DNA of 64,000 bases from assembly GCA_046563655.1 (NCBI GenBank), contig JAJCTO010000009.1, forward strand, positions 1-64,000, written 5' to 3'. The position numbers were made by a program, and so were the translations under genes. The notes under the pieces are model-generated. The model was not told where the DNA came from. It was given only the letters and a program-made list of their open reading frames with translations, and ran no database searches. Position 1 is the first letter of the stretch, and every line of letters begins with the position of its first letter. Shown in pieces: positions 53,185-63,998 of this stretch. Source of the DNA: Yuukianura sp. NJ FZ-2021. Lineage: Eukaryota.

Positions 53185-53531
53185 CACAAACCAACGATAT
53201 GACTCAGGGCGTTCGCTGCGAGACCACCAAGTATAGACAAAGCAGGCGTAACCAGCAAAGGTAGAAACCCACCTTTTTGTATCAGGAAATCTTTTTTCTT
53301 TTTAATTGAAAACTTTTTTGCTAGATTTCGGATGCTGACCTTGTGTCGTCGAAGTTTTTTCTTATGTGCCCTGTTCAATGGAACGTTCCCAAGCAGTGTA
53401 TTTAGTGCGACTTCAGAAAGGGCGTCAATGTTGTCTTTTGTAGCTTTTTTTATTAAATTTCTACGCTTAGACGGTTTACACTTCTTCACCTCTTCCAGAA
53501 ACGTTCTGTTCCTTACTAACCGCTTTGTCAT
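53184..53531 (-). CDS. Small basic virion core-like protein with a candidate adenain cleavage site and a hydrophobic C-terminal peptide
   Basis: 115 aa, K/R-rich, LIQKGG|FLPLLVTPALSILGGLA; its stop overlaps the next ATG (TGATG). Confidence 0.75.
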   Translation of the reverse strand: MTKRLVRNRTFLEEVKKCKPSKRRNLIKKATKDNIDALSEVALNTLLGNVPLNRAHKKKLRRHKVSIRNLAKKFSIKKKKDFLIQKGGFLPLLVTPALSILGGLAANALSHIVGL

Positions 53532-53542
53532 TCTGAAGTACT

Positions 53543-54263
53543 TTAACTTGGCACGTAAACAATGTGCTCTTCCGTAGGAAAAATCCCTGACTGAATTCGT
53601 AAATTATCGTGACAGCTTGGATGCAAGTTTAAAAACAAGTAGGAATAAGGCTTCCGAGTTGCCTCTTCATATGCTGTTAAAATCGCACTAGGCTTTCTTG
53701 GATTAAGTTGTCTACTCAGGTACATCACTTGCGAAGGGAAGGAGGGAGTTTTGCAAATCGTCATGTAATGTGTATTCAAACGAATATCCCTCGCATATTT
53801 CCCCTGAGGCAGCAGATTTTGCGACAAGAATATAACGGATATTGACCTGAAATTCCAAAGTAATGTGTGAACGACGAAATTCTTGTGATAATTTACAATG
53901 AACAATGTGTAATTAGCTATGGTGAACACCGCAAGTAAAAAGTTCTTGAACTGCCTTATCCTTTAGTGAATCGGCCATCTGGTCGTCAATGATAAGTAAC
54001 GTATTCGGTGCATAGACTTCATCCAACTTCAAACCTTGTATGCACCTGACTCTTGAGTTGGATGACTTCATTACGTCATATCCACTTTGATATACTTTAT
54101 AAAAAACGATTACGTCATCAATTCTTGGCGTAACCATAAGATCCAGGTTTTCAATTAATTTGCAGACAAACGTTGTTTTCCCCGACATCGTCCCACCAGC
54201 AACAATGTATGTAAACGGGTGACGCAATTGAATGGTGTTGAACTCATACGTGTCCTTTTCCAT
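53543..54263 (-). CDS. FtsK/A32-like DNA packaging ATPase, split by an apparent 70-bp intron (53847-53916)
   Basis: HPF...GGTMSGKT (Walker A), LLIIDD (Walker B), LFTCGVHH..SISVIFLSQN, R.IRLN.HY, PYSYL..NL. Its ATG overlaps the upstream stop (TAATG). Confidence 0.9.
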
Positions 54264-55021
54264 TAGGTGGATACTTTTCTGAAATGAAGGGTCAATGTGA
54301 CCTGACCTTTGTCGATTGGTAACTCCTCGCCAAATTCGTCGCACAAGAGAATTGAGATGATGTCGAATTCTGTTCGAGAAACTGGTAGGTAAAACGGATG
54401 TGCAAAAGTTTGAGTTACTGCTTGTCCCTCGTTTCCAATGATATTAACCATACGTAGAAGAGGAACAAACGAAGAACCGACGATTTGAGATTCGATTATG
54501 ACACAATAAATAAACATGTGGTACCTCCCTCCAAGCAAATCGGGTCTGAATGGTGCTATGTAATAAGCTGACGATGATCCTTCCGGTAGGTTAGAGTTAA
54601 ATTCGGTTTCCCCATTAAAACCCAAAATATCAGAAAGTTTGTCGCTCAGCTCAATAGAATATCCACCACCAACCTTCAAACTAATACGACATTTTACTGC
54701 ATAATATTTTAGGTTACAAGGCACTTCGTGTTTTCGGAAGAACCTATTCACTGTCTGAACTATATCTTCAACACCAACATAATGAAGTGTTGGAAGCTCT
54801 ATTTTTCCAGCTCTATTAACTCCAGTAAACCTAATTACGTTATCTTGTTCAATTCCTGTTATAGTTTTTATTGAACAAATATAGGTTAATTCGGTGAGCC
54901 CAACTTCGTATGACGAGGGTTCAAGTTTCACTTTTGATGGAAGTTTTATCCTATAGTTTGCCGTTCGGTTATCAGCGAAATAACGTGAGCCGTTTGACGG
55001 AAGTGTAGCGTAGAAGGCCAT
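54263..55021 (-). CDS. Polinton minor capsid protein (penton-like)
   Basis: Intact 252 aa; FYATLPSN...N....Y.I.LP....L....YEVGL.EL.Y N-terminus and IYC.II..QIVG....PLLR...Y.PV....D..G......LHFR C-terminus. Confidence 0.82.
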   Translation of the reverse strand: MAFYATLPSNGSRYFADNRTANYRIKLPSKVKLEPSSYEVGLTELTYICSIKTITGIEQDNVIRFTGVNRAGKIELPTLHYVGVEDIVQTVNRFFRKHEVPCNLKYYAVKCRISLKVGGGYSIELSDKLSDILGFNGETEFNSNLPEGSSSAYYIAPFRPDLLGGRYHMFIYCVIIESQIVGSSFVPLLRMVNIIGNEGQAVTQTFAHPFYLPVSRTEFDIISILLCDEFGEELPIDKGQVTLTLHFRKVST

Positions 55022-55029
55022 GTCGTTAA

Positions 55030-55948
55030 CTAGTTCTTTATCTTGCTGAGTTCTTGACTGTAATAGATACCAGAAATTAGATCACCATTCAGGTCTTTGA
55101 CACGGTACGTCACAGGAATGGAATTTATAACTTCAGCAATTTCGAAAACTTCGGTTGTAAATGCTGGCCAATAACCTTTCTCAAATATCTTCTTTGTTTT
55201 ATCTAAACGGACTCTGTCGTACAATTTTAAAGAAGGCTTGCGATTTGGGTTCATATACAAATCCTTGTAGCATTCCAGCCATACGTCCATTTCGTTATCT
55301 TTATCGACATTGCTCGGCGCGTGATTCGTACGAGAATTCACCCTGCTATTGTATGTCTTCAATAGTAACGGTAGTGCTTCAATGTATCTTTTCTCTCCGG
55401 TTTGTGTCAGATGCTTAGAAATGGCAGTACAAATTGTTCTGTTAAATCTTTCCACGACAGATGAGCCAAAGTCTGAGAAGTTATGATACATTAGTATTCC
55501 CTGTGACTTGGCCCATTTCTTGAAAGCTGCCGACCAAAATTCACCACCTTGGTCACACTCGAGTGTTGTTGGCCGTCTTCCAGACGACAGAATTTTTTAA
55601 ATGCTTGAATGACTTCACAGGTTTTTTGGACCTCATGGGAACAGCAAATCCGAATTTGGATAAGACATCTATCGCAGTCAGAAGACACGAATATCCATCG
55701 TTCTCGTCAGTATACTTTGGCAAGAAGACAATGTCTGCTTGCCATAGGTAGTTTAGTCCAGGTGAAATCACTCGCCTCCTACGGAACTTGCATCTACGAC
55801 TTTTGTGACGAGTGTATGAGTCTTGTGACTGCATGAACTTCAAAGCTTCGGATTCTGGAATTCCGCACAACTTACTCAGAACTCTTTTGCTGCCCAAATA
55901 ACCGATTCTTCCTATGCGTTTATACTGTTTTGCAACGTTGGATTTCAT
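55030..55948 (-). pseudogene. Polinton retroviral-like (rve) integrase, with two -1 frameshifts in A runs at ~55625 and ~55595
   Basis: WQADIV, IDVLSKF, CDQGGEF and VVERFNRT catalytic motifs; FEKGY...F..EVF.I and P.TY.VKD.NG....G.YY..EL tail. The frame is open upstream to 55996. Confidence 0.9.
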
Positions 55949-56050
55949 TGTCTTCAATAAAATTTTGAAATATTTATTAATTAACATATATTTCACACAT
56001 TAGTGAATCATAAGTTTATTATTAATATTACATTTGTAATTATTACCCAC

Positions 56051-56440
56051 TTACAAGCAAAGAAGAACTTCCAGAATTTCACAACACTGCACAATTTCCT
56101 GCACCTCAGTACGGATATCGTGGTTGCTACCACTCTCGATGTTGAATGAGTTATCGTACCCAAAGTTAGCATATAAATAGTTTCTAACAAGAGTGTCGTT
56201 TTTAACTAAGTCAATTTCGTCAAATTTACTCAGAATTGTTTCAAACGACTCCCCACTAATCCTGTGAAAGAGATAATACAATGAAAATTGCCCACAAGCG
56301 TTGCTATGCTCAGGTTGTACCCTAAATTTACTCATTCTGATGACATTGCTCTTTGAAAAAGAAAACTGACAAAACTAGTGTTGTAAAATTCAATTGGCAT
56401 GGCACAACTATCGAAAAACTCTACCTCATTACTTGCTCGT
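56051..56440 (-). pseudogene. C-terminal half of an adenain-like cysteine protease, interrupted by the BEL LTR
   Basis: VEFFDSCA motif at ~56400-56425 and VQPEHSNACGQFSLYYL (oxyanion Gln, catalytic Cys); frameshift near 56355; the His-containing N-terminus is missing. Confidence 0.82.
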
Positions 56441-56914
56441 TGTTCGTTGACCTCCGTGACCTCAGATGAGAAATATGGGAGAGCAAGTGAATGACTAGTG
56501 GTGAAGCCACAGAGAGATCAAGACATCGAGAATTTACGTTACTTTGTTTATTGAATGTTTGTAAGAATAAGAAAAGAAGACGGTTAAAAAGCTGAAAGTA
56601 GACTGAACTGAATGAAACTCAAAAATGAAAAATGACCCTGAGTGACTGTGTGTCACTAGTATTTATAACCTAAGAAAAGCAAACTGAATTGTAAAGGAGG
56701 AGTGAGTATTCCTAGACCTTAGTAATGTAAAGAAACACCAGAGAGAACACAATGTAAATTAGTGTGTGTAAGTTAGAAGTTTAGAAGGGAAGAAACGAGT
56801 GTTTCTACTGCCTGTAACTTTAAGTAAAAATAACCTAATTCTAAGAATTGAAATGCATGAGAAATGTATACTAAATTAGCCTAGGATTATGAACCGTCGG
56901 TTTACCCGCCAACA
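56441..56914 (-). repeat. BEL/Pao 3' LTR (474 bp), copy B
   Basis: TGTT...AACA termini, PPT at 56915-56927, matches copy A. Confidence 0.93.
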
Positions 56915-57332
56915 TGCCGCCACCCCTGACACGATCGTGTCGGAAAAATACGTTATACATTTGTAAGGACTACCAAGTCCTCGGCCAAAATCACTCTTAC
57001 TGTAGGTCGGATGGGTCATTCGGGCAGTGCGAAACGTCACCCTCAACCTCCGTCAAAACTAAGAGGAGACCCAATTTGCGTGACCTCCTACAGCTCAAGC
57101 GATTCTAACCAAAGGGCCTCAGCAAACCGCTTACAAATGTGTGGGAAACTCTGTGACATGCTGATTGATAAATCGATCAGTTAAACTTAAAATTACAAAT
57201 TGAATGTTGTGAAAAACTTAAAACTAAAAAGTTAAGATCTTAACTAAATGAAAAGATGACTTAACCTAAATTAGCCTTAAAATTAAGATAAATTAAAATT
57301 AAAATGAATTAAAATTGAAGTACAAGACAAAA

Positions 57333-58972
57333 TTAAGTTGAAGAGAGCTCGTCGTTTGATAGAAGTGGGACAATTTTGACGATTGGGCGTTGGAGTTCTC
57401 CGAGGGCCGTACGAAGAGTGACGACTCTGACTAGTCCGTCTGGACCAGGATGAACGTTGATGACGCGAGCCAGTTTCCACTTTAGAGGGGGTAAATTGTC
57501 ATCTTTGATGGCCACAAGGTCTCCGATTGTCAAATTGTTGGTTTTCTTGGTCCACTTGACTCGTTGTTGAAGGGATGTGAGGTATTCGAGAGACCAGACC
57601 TTCCAGAACGTTTGGAATAGCTTCTCCTGCAACTGCCAACGTGAGAGGCGATTGACCTTGACATCAGCATGATCTGGTTGAGGAGCGGCGAGGAGAGGTC
57701 TGCCGACGAGGAAGTGGCCAGGTGTGATCACACCTAAATCGGATGTGTCACTGGACATCGGTAGAAGAGGTCGGGAGTTCAGCGCTGCTTCCGCTTGGCA
57801 AAGAATTGTAGCAAATTCCTCAAGCGTTAAAGTGGTGGTCCCAATGATCCTCTTCAAATGGAATTTGACAGAACGTACTGCTGCCTCCCAGATTCCACCA
57901 TGATGAGGAGCAGACGGAGGGTTAAAATGCCAATGTGTCTGTGATTCTGCAAAGTAAGAAGAAACTTCCGAGTTGAACTGGTGAGAGTTCACCAAATCCA
58001 TCAACTCGTTATTAGCACCTACAAAATTTGTACCACAATCAGAATACAAATGTAGTGGGTTACCCCGACGTGATACAAACCGTTTGAATGTCCCGAGGAA
58101 GGATTCGGTGGAGAGTTCGGTTCCGAATTCCACATGAACGGCTTTCGTAGAGAGGCAGATAAAAATGCAGAAGTAGCCTTTGAATTGTTTCTGGCCTCGT
58201 CCTTTGACAGATTGGAGTGTAAATGGACCAGCGTAGTCCAAACCAGTGTGATGAAACGTAGGTGACATCGTGACTCTTGGTTGAGGCAGTGTACCCATGA
58301 GTTGTGTTGCCGTCTTTTGTCTCAACAGCTTACATCTGAGGCAGCGAGAGATGACAGATTTGATCAAATCTCGTGCGTGGACAATCCAATAGTCTTGGCG
58401 TAGAAGTGAGAGCAGAAGACGATTCCCAGCATGATGATGCTTGTGGTGGTAATGCTGGACGAGTAGTTTAGTCACTGAGGACTTCCCGTGAATAATCAGA
58501 GGGTGTTTGGCAGCTTCTGGGAGCGATGCCAGGTGCAGCCGACCACCAACCCGAAGAGATCCATCCGAATCCAAAAATGGGGAAAGAGAGAGCAACGCAC
58601 TGGATTGACTGACTTTACCCTTTTTAGTCAGAGACTGGATCTCCGGTTGGAAGTCTTCCTGCTGCGACAGTTGAATGACCTTCCGAGTGGCCATTCTGTA
58701 GAACTCGACTGAGCGTGCCGTCGGTGCCGACTTCTGCTGAGCTCTCAGCACAAACCCGAGAAGTGACCCGATGACACGTAGGAGTTGCAAAAATGACGAA
58801 TACCTGTTCAAAATTGGAAAAGACAATTGTATGGTTAGGACCTTGACCTTACGTTCTTCCTTGAGATGCTCAGATGAGAGTGTTTGTGAATTGGAAAACG
58901 AAGGCAAGTGCGGTTGTGACAGAAACTCCGGTCCGTTCCACCAGAGCTGATTGTCGACGAGATCGTTAAGGG
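57333..58972 (-). CDS. pol: BEL/Pao integrase region (frameshifted from RT-RH by a 1-bp deletion at ~58970)
   Basis: Same protein as the C-terminal part of 50403-52274. Confidence 0.92.
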
Positions 58973-60358
58973 GATCCCTCTTGTTCCGCAGTCGGCAGGG
59001 TTGAGTGTCCCTGGGATGAAATGCCAAGATTCGACTGTTGTGAGCTCTTGGATTTGCGAAACCCGATTGGCCACGAATGGGACCCAGCGACGAGAAGAAG
59101 ATGAGATCCACCGCAAAGTAATTTCACTGTCAGTCCAACAGTAGACATGACAGTTTGGTTCCAAACTAGATAAAAGAAAAGAAATTAGTTTCGATAATAA
59201 CAAAGCACCACAAAGTTCTAGCCTAGGTATGCTCTGTGCTTTGACAGGAGCTACTTTAGTCTTGGAAGTGAGAATTCGTGATATTGGTAGATCGTTATTA
59301 AATGTCCTGAGGTAGACCACTGCACAGTAGGCTCTTTCGGAGGCATCCGAAAATCCGTGTAATTCCATTCGTTGGTAATTTTGAGTAATCACACAAAGTG
59401 GAATGGCAATGTCACTAAGACATGACAATGATGAGCCAAGGTGGGTCCACCTTTCTACCAAGTCCTCGGGAAGGTTATCATCCCAACCAATTCCCAAGGT
59501 CCAAAGACTCTGAAAGAAAATCTTTACGGAGACGACGTATGGAGCGAGTAGCCCCAGTGGATCAAATAACTTTGCAATGTCACTCAAAATGGTACGTTTT
59601 GTTATTACCGAGGTTTGGTCAAACCTAAATCCAGTGAAATGGAGGAGATCAGAATTTGGAGTCCATTGAACGCCCAATGCCTTTGTGCTTGATCCCTCCG
59701 CCAGTGATTGAGTGGAGATCTCCACTAGGTGTGAAGGAATCTCCTGCAGGACTTCCGGAGAGTTTGAAGTCCACTTAGTGATTGACAGTTGTCCACGAGC
59801 GAGTAGTTTGGTCAATTGGTGGTAAGTTTCCACCACTTTTGGAACTGATGAGTCACCACCTAGAAAATCATCTACATAAAAACGTTCAATTATTGCTTGC
59901 CTGGCCAAGGGAAAGTGATCTCCTTCGTCCACAGCAAGTTGATTGAGGGCCCGAATGGCACCGAATGGAGCCGAGGAGGTTCCATAAGTGATTGTTTTGA
60001 GCCTATACTCCCGAATAGGCTGATCAGGAGTTGGCCGCCAAAGGATCCGCTGGAAGTTGGAGTCTGAATCTAAAACTGAGAACTGGCGATACATTTTTGT
60101 TATGTCAGCCTTTAAGACGATTGGATCCAATCGGAATTTGATTAGATGCGTAAACAAATCAGGTTGAATAGTTGGCCCTACCATTAGGCACTTATTCAGT
60201 GACAAACCTGAATTTGATTCACACGAACCATCAAAAACCACACGAAGTTTGGTTGTTGTACTATCCTCCTTCAAAACGAAGTGATGTGGGAGGTAGTACG
60301 TCTGGATGGATCCATCCTTGAATTGTTCTCCTTCTTCCGATGGTGGGACTTGTTCCAT
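58973..60358 (-). CDS. pol: BEL/Pao reverse transcriptase and RNase H
   Basis: YYLPHH.V, KLRVVFD, ADITKMYRQ, TYGTSSAPF, FYVDD, KALGVQW, FDPLG, LHGFSDASERAY, IPRLELCGA. Confidence 0.95.
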
Positions 60359-60363
60359 GTGAC

Positions 60364-61200
60364 CTAAATTGAGATAATCATTTTGAACTTTACGTACTCA
60401 CTTTTGTGTTGCGGGAGTCGATCCAGCCGACGTTCAGTGTGGTGGAGTCTCCTTAATGCAATTGATCGTGATGATCCGAGTTCCGAAATGTTGGGTTTGA
60501 ATGGAAGTGGAACAATGTATCTTCCATCCTGTGTACGAGAGTGGTGAGTTGTAAAGTGGTTCTCTGCGTCACTCTCCACTTATGTCAACTGCATCCGAGT
60601 TGGGACGTGATCGAGTTCCCACAAGCGTTGGATGGCTCCATCCAGAGAGACTGTGTGGCAGTGGGCCGTGTATGACTGCACTGGTGGAGTATGGACAGGT
60701 CCCATGACCACCCAACCGAAGTGGCACGAGCAAGCAGCGGGTTGATCAACCCGAGAAGAAAGAGTCTGACCAGTAAAGATTCGGTGTGTGACCTCAGCCC
60801 CAAGTAGAATGTCAACTTCCCTCGGGTCAATGTATCTGGGGTCAGCCAAGGTCAGATTCTGAAGGTGGGTCCATTCTTTCCAGGTGTCACCACACCTAAA
60901 TGAGGGTAGTTGACCTGTGGTCTAACCTGGGAGAGAACAAGAGCTTCCACCGACAAAGTAAAATCATTACACATAGATTTGATTTTCAGAATTGTTTTTC
61001 CCTTTGCTTTACCAACTGTTGTGGCACCAACTCCGTTGATGGTGATGTTGGACTTTGTCTGTGAGAGACCAAGTCGCTGACAGCACCGATCGGTGCTAAA
61101 GGAAACCTCAGCTCCTGGATCCAGAAGGACACGGCAGGTTTGGTAGTCTCCAGTAGCATCCATTATGTAGACTTCTGCCGTTCCAAGGAGGACACCGTAG
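60364..61200 (-). pseudogene. BEL/Pao aspartic protease and linker, several frameshifts/stops
   Basis: RVLLDPGAEVS, ADP.Y..P..VDILLG, FGWVVMG and DGRYIVPLPF split over ORFs 60852-61163, 60580-60849 and 60364-60579. Confidence 0.88.
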
Positions 61201-61584
61201 CCGGAGTTGTGGTTTACAACTGGCTGTGGCTGTGGGAACAGAAGTAGACAGATTAGTCAAATGAGCAATAGGATTGGTTACCTGGTTTGTGAAAGGAACA
61301 AATTCGTTGTTAATATGCAAAAGAGTGTGATGTGGCTTCTGACGCACACGACAGCGAGACTTGGAATGACAGTTCTTGGGAGTATGAGCAAGACCAAGAC
61401 AGTTGAAGCATCGATGCTGAGCCTTGGCTGTGTCCATCCGTTGAGCAATGGTCATGGCATTGAACTTTCCACATTTGAATAGTGGATGTGGCTCTGAGCA
61501 AAGAACGCATTTTGCAGTGTTCACTGCATGAACCTTCTTACGGTCAACGGACTTTTGAGGTTGTTTTGTTGACGCAGATGAGAT

Positions 61585-61819
61585 TGTGGCGTTTGGGAAC
61601 AGTCCCACTCCCAACCGCCAAGGATAGAGGTGTATGGAATGGACAGTGCCTGTTATGGTAGCCTTCCGATTCTATCCTGTGCAGAATGACTCGATAGCTT
61701 AAGGGTTAGAGCTGTCTCCCCGGATTGGAGAAGGCGTGGGTTCGAATCCCACTCGGTCACTTATTTTTCTGCACTGTCATCGTGTGTCTCTCAAGCTATG
61801 TGAGCCCTGATCCCTCACA
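61585..61819 (+). mobile_element. Solo LTR (235 bp) of a related tRNA-containing TRIM family, with 4-bp TSD AGAT
   Basis: TGTGGCG...CCTCACA flanked by AGAT (61581-61584 and 61820-61823). Removing it and one TSD restores gag in frame (LQSI-SSASTK). Confidence 0.93.
61687..61759 (+). ncRNA. tRNA-derived cloverleaf inside the solo LTR
   Basis: TGAC(T)CGA TA GCTT AAGGGTTA GAGC TG TCTCC CCGGATT GGAGA AGGC GTGGG TTCGAAT CCCAC TCGGTCA, followed by TTATTTTT. Confidence 0.85.
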
Positions 61820-62752
61820 AGATGCTCTGGAGACCACGGATATGTTGCTCAAGGAAGTCCTTGACCTCCTTGTAGGTAGGAACGTTCGTTCCTGACAGTT
61901 GGATGGCGAATTCCCGTTTTGTGTCAGGGTCCAACTTTTCCATTATGGTAAAGACCAGAACATCGTCCCATTGGTCAACGTTACGGTTAAGATTCCGTAA
62001 CTGTCTCACGCACTGGTCGAAAGTGTCAACCAGGTTCCTCAGTGAAGTCGCATTTTCCTGAAACAGTTTAGAAAGATTAAACAATTTTCGCAACAATGAA
62101 AATGCGATCTCGCGCGTGTTATTGTATCGCTCGATACACAAGTCCCAAGCATCCTGAAAATTAGCGTTAGTGATTACGAATGGCGAGACTATCTTTAGTG
62201 CATCGTCCTTGAGAGATGACTTTAGATACTGCAGCTTTCGCAACCAGACAAACCACCACTGTTGACGATGGAAGCCTCGAATTGATCTCGGAAGGATGGC
62301 CAGTCTTCGTAACTGCCAGAGAAAGTAGGAAGGTCAAGCTTAGGTAACTTGACCTCAGACGATGGATGAACGACTGACGGAGCAGAGGTCACGGTGGATC
62401 CACTCTGGGTGTTGGAGTCCAGCTTCGCTAACTCTCCATTGATAAGACCATGGATCTTAACAATCATGTCATCAATCTGTTCTGAAGCTTCAAGTTGAGG
62501 CATTAGATCATCCTCATTAGAAATGTACATTAGGATTTCATTTTGAATGGATTGAACACTACCTTCGATCTTTTCAGTTTGATCCAGCAGTTTGTGGAGT
62601 TCAAACTGGGTAGGCGATGAGTCGGAGTTACTTACGTCCCTTAGGATTTTCGCCAGTTTGTGCTTCTGGGCTGTTCGCTTAAGGACGAGAGAGAGGACTT
62701 CCGCCATGTTGAATGTGAAGTAGTGTTAGTCTGGGTCCAGGCTTTCGGCAGT

Positions 62753-62770
62753 AACCGTCTTTCGGCACCA
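62753..62770 (-). promoter_or_regulatory. Primer-binding site of the BEL/Pao element
   Basis: Minus strand TGGTGCCGAAAGACGGTT, 3 nt inside the 5' LTR. Confidence 0.9.
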
Positions 62771-62773
62771 AAA

Positions 62774-63217
62774 TGTTCGTTGACCTCCTTGACCTCAGAT
62801 GAATGTGGGAGAGCAAGTGAATTGTGGTGAAGCCACAGAGAGATCAAGACATCGAGAATTACGTTATTTAGTTTATTGAATGTATGTAAGAATAGAGAGA
62901 AGACGGTTACTGAATGAAACTCAAAATTGGAATGACCCTGAGTGACTGTGTGTCACTAGTATTTATAACCTAAGAAAAGCACACTGAATTGTAAAGGAGG
63001 AATGAGTATTCCTAGACCTTAGTAATGTAAAGAAACACCAGAAAGAGAACACAATGTAAATTAGTGTGTGTAAGTTAGAAGTTGAGAAAAGGAAGAAACG
63101 AGTGTTTCTAATCCCTGTTACTAAAGTAAAAATAGCGTTATTCTAAGAATTGAAATGCATGAGAAATGTAAAGTAAAATTAGCCTAAGATTATGAACCGT
63201 CGGTTTACCCGCCAACA
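62774..63217 (-). repeat. BEL/Pao 5' LTR (444 bp), diverged from the 3' LTR
   Basis: Same termini as 56441-56914 but about 30 bp shorter, with multiple substitutions. Confidence 0.92.
62872..62967 (-). promoter_or_regulatory. LTR Pol II promoter and polyA signals
   Basis: Minus strand TATAAATA (62960-62967), initiator-like TCATTC (62930-62935) and AATAAA (62872-62877); all are also present in the 3' LTRs. Confidence 0.6.
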
Positions 63218-63998
63218 TTGACTGGGCGGAATTGGAGCAAAGGACAAAAGGACAGCAAATTCAGTGGATCTTCAATCCACCGGCAGCACCTTGGTGGGGT
63301 GGATGGTGTTAGCGACTTATTCGGTCGCTCAAGGACCTACTCAAGAGGATGCTCGGGTTCCGGAAGTTGAACAAAGTTGAGCTCGAGACCTGCTTATGTG
63401 AAGTAGAGGACACCATCAACCACAGGCCGCTGACTTTCGTGACGGAAGATGTGGATGATCTGATCCCTCTAACCCCAGCCATGTTTATTCACAATCTTCC
63501 GGTAAGTGAGACTCCAGAATCTCAAACTGTAACCGGTTCTGATTTCAACAGGAAGAGCAAGAGGCTGGACAAAATGTTGGAGGAGTTACGACAACGTTTT
63601 TGTAAGGAGTACTTGGGACTTCTTGTGCAACGAGGAAAACAGAAAACCAGAGAATTTGTCGTTGGTGACTGCGTCCTGATTGGCAGAGAGGACGTTAAGC
63701 GGATCCTTTGGCCCATGGGGATAATTCAAGAATTGATCACTGGAAAAGATGGGGTTCATCGGGTGCCAAATTGCGGACGAAGAATGGGATTTTGGTTCGC
63801 CCACTACAGAGACTTTTTCCGTTGGAATTTGACCGAGACTACCCGACTGGTGAACTTTCCCTTGACTTGGAACTGGAAATGGCTGCTCAAGACTCGGATG
63901 AAGAGGAAGACGTGGAAACAGAAGATCCGGAGCAACCAGTGACAACGACTACTCGAAGTGGACGCACTGTTCGTAAGCCCGAACTGTACTGCGACTAA
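63218..63998 (+). pseudogene. pol: Integrase C-terminal fragment of a second, different BEL/Pao family
   Basis: WIFNPPAAPWWGGW, INHRPLT, PLTPAMF, F.KEYL..L, GKDGVHR, RPLQRLFPLE, TRSGR; in-frame TAG at ~63310 and a frameshift at ~63765. Confidence 0.9.

Larger units (their letters stand above)
52367..56440 (-). mobile_element. Internal fragment of a Polinton/Maverick (adintovirus-like) endogenous DNA virus
   Basis: Tightly packed, co-oriented AT-rich genes: cysteine protease, rve integrase, minor capsid, packaging ATPase, basic core-like protein and a hypothetical. No pPolB or major capsid in the window; both ends abut BEL sequence. Confidence 0.92.
61201..62707 (-). pseudogene. gag: BEL/Pao gag (DUF1759-like domain plus zinc knuckles), frameshifted and interrupted by a solo LTR
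   Basis: LPKLDLPTFSG..EDW.SF.D.F, KLQYLKSSL, CVLCSEPH....C, CFNCL...H....C. Confidence 0.92.
56441..63217 (-). mobile_element. BEL/Pao LTR retrotransposon, near full length, degenerate, with mismatched LTRs and no TSD
   Basis: LTR-PBS-gag-PR-RT-RH-IN-PPT-LTR order on the minus strand. Confidence 0.96.

Noticed and set aside
51558..63945. Short antisense or alternate-frame ORFs over BEL and Polinton genes (e.g. 51558-51782, 53332-53577, 59422-59628, 63586-63945)
   Set aside because: Shadow frames of well-supported genes on the other strand or frame.
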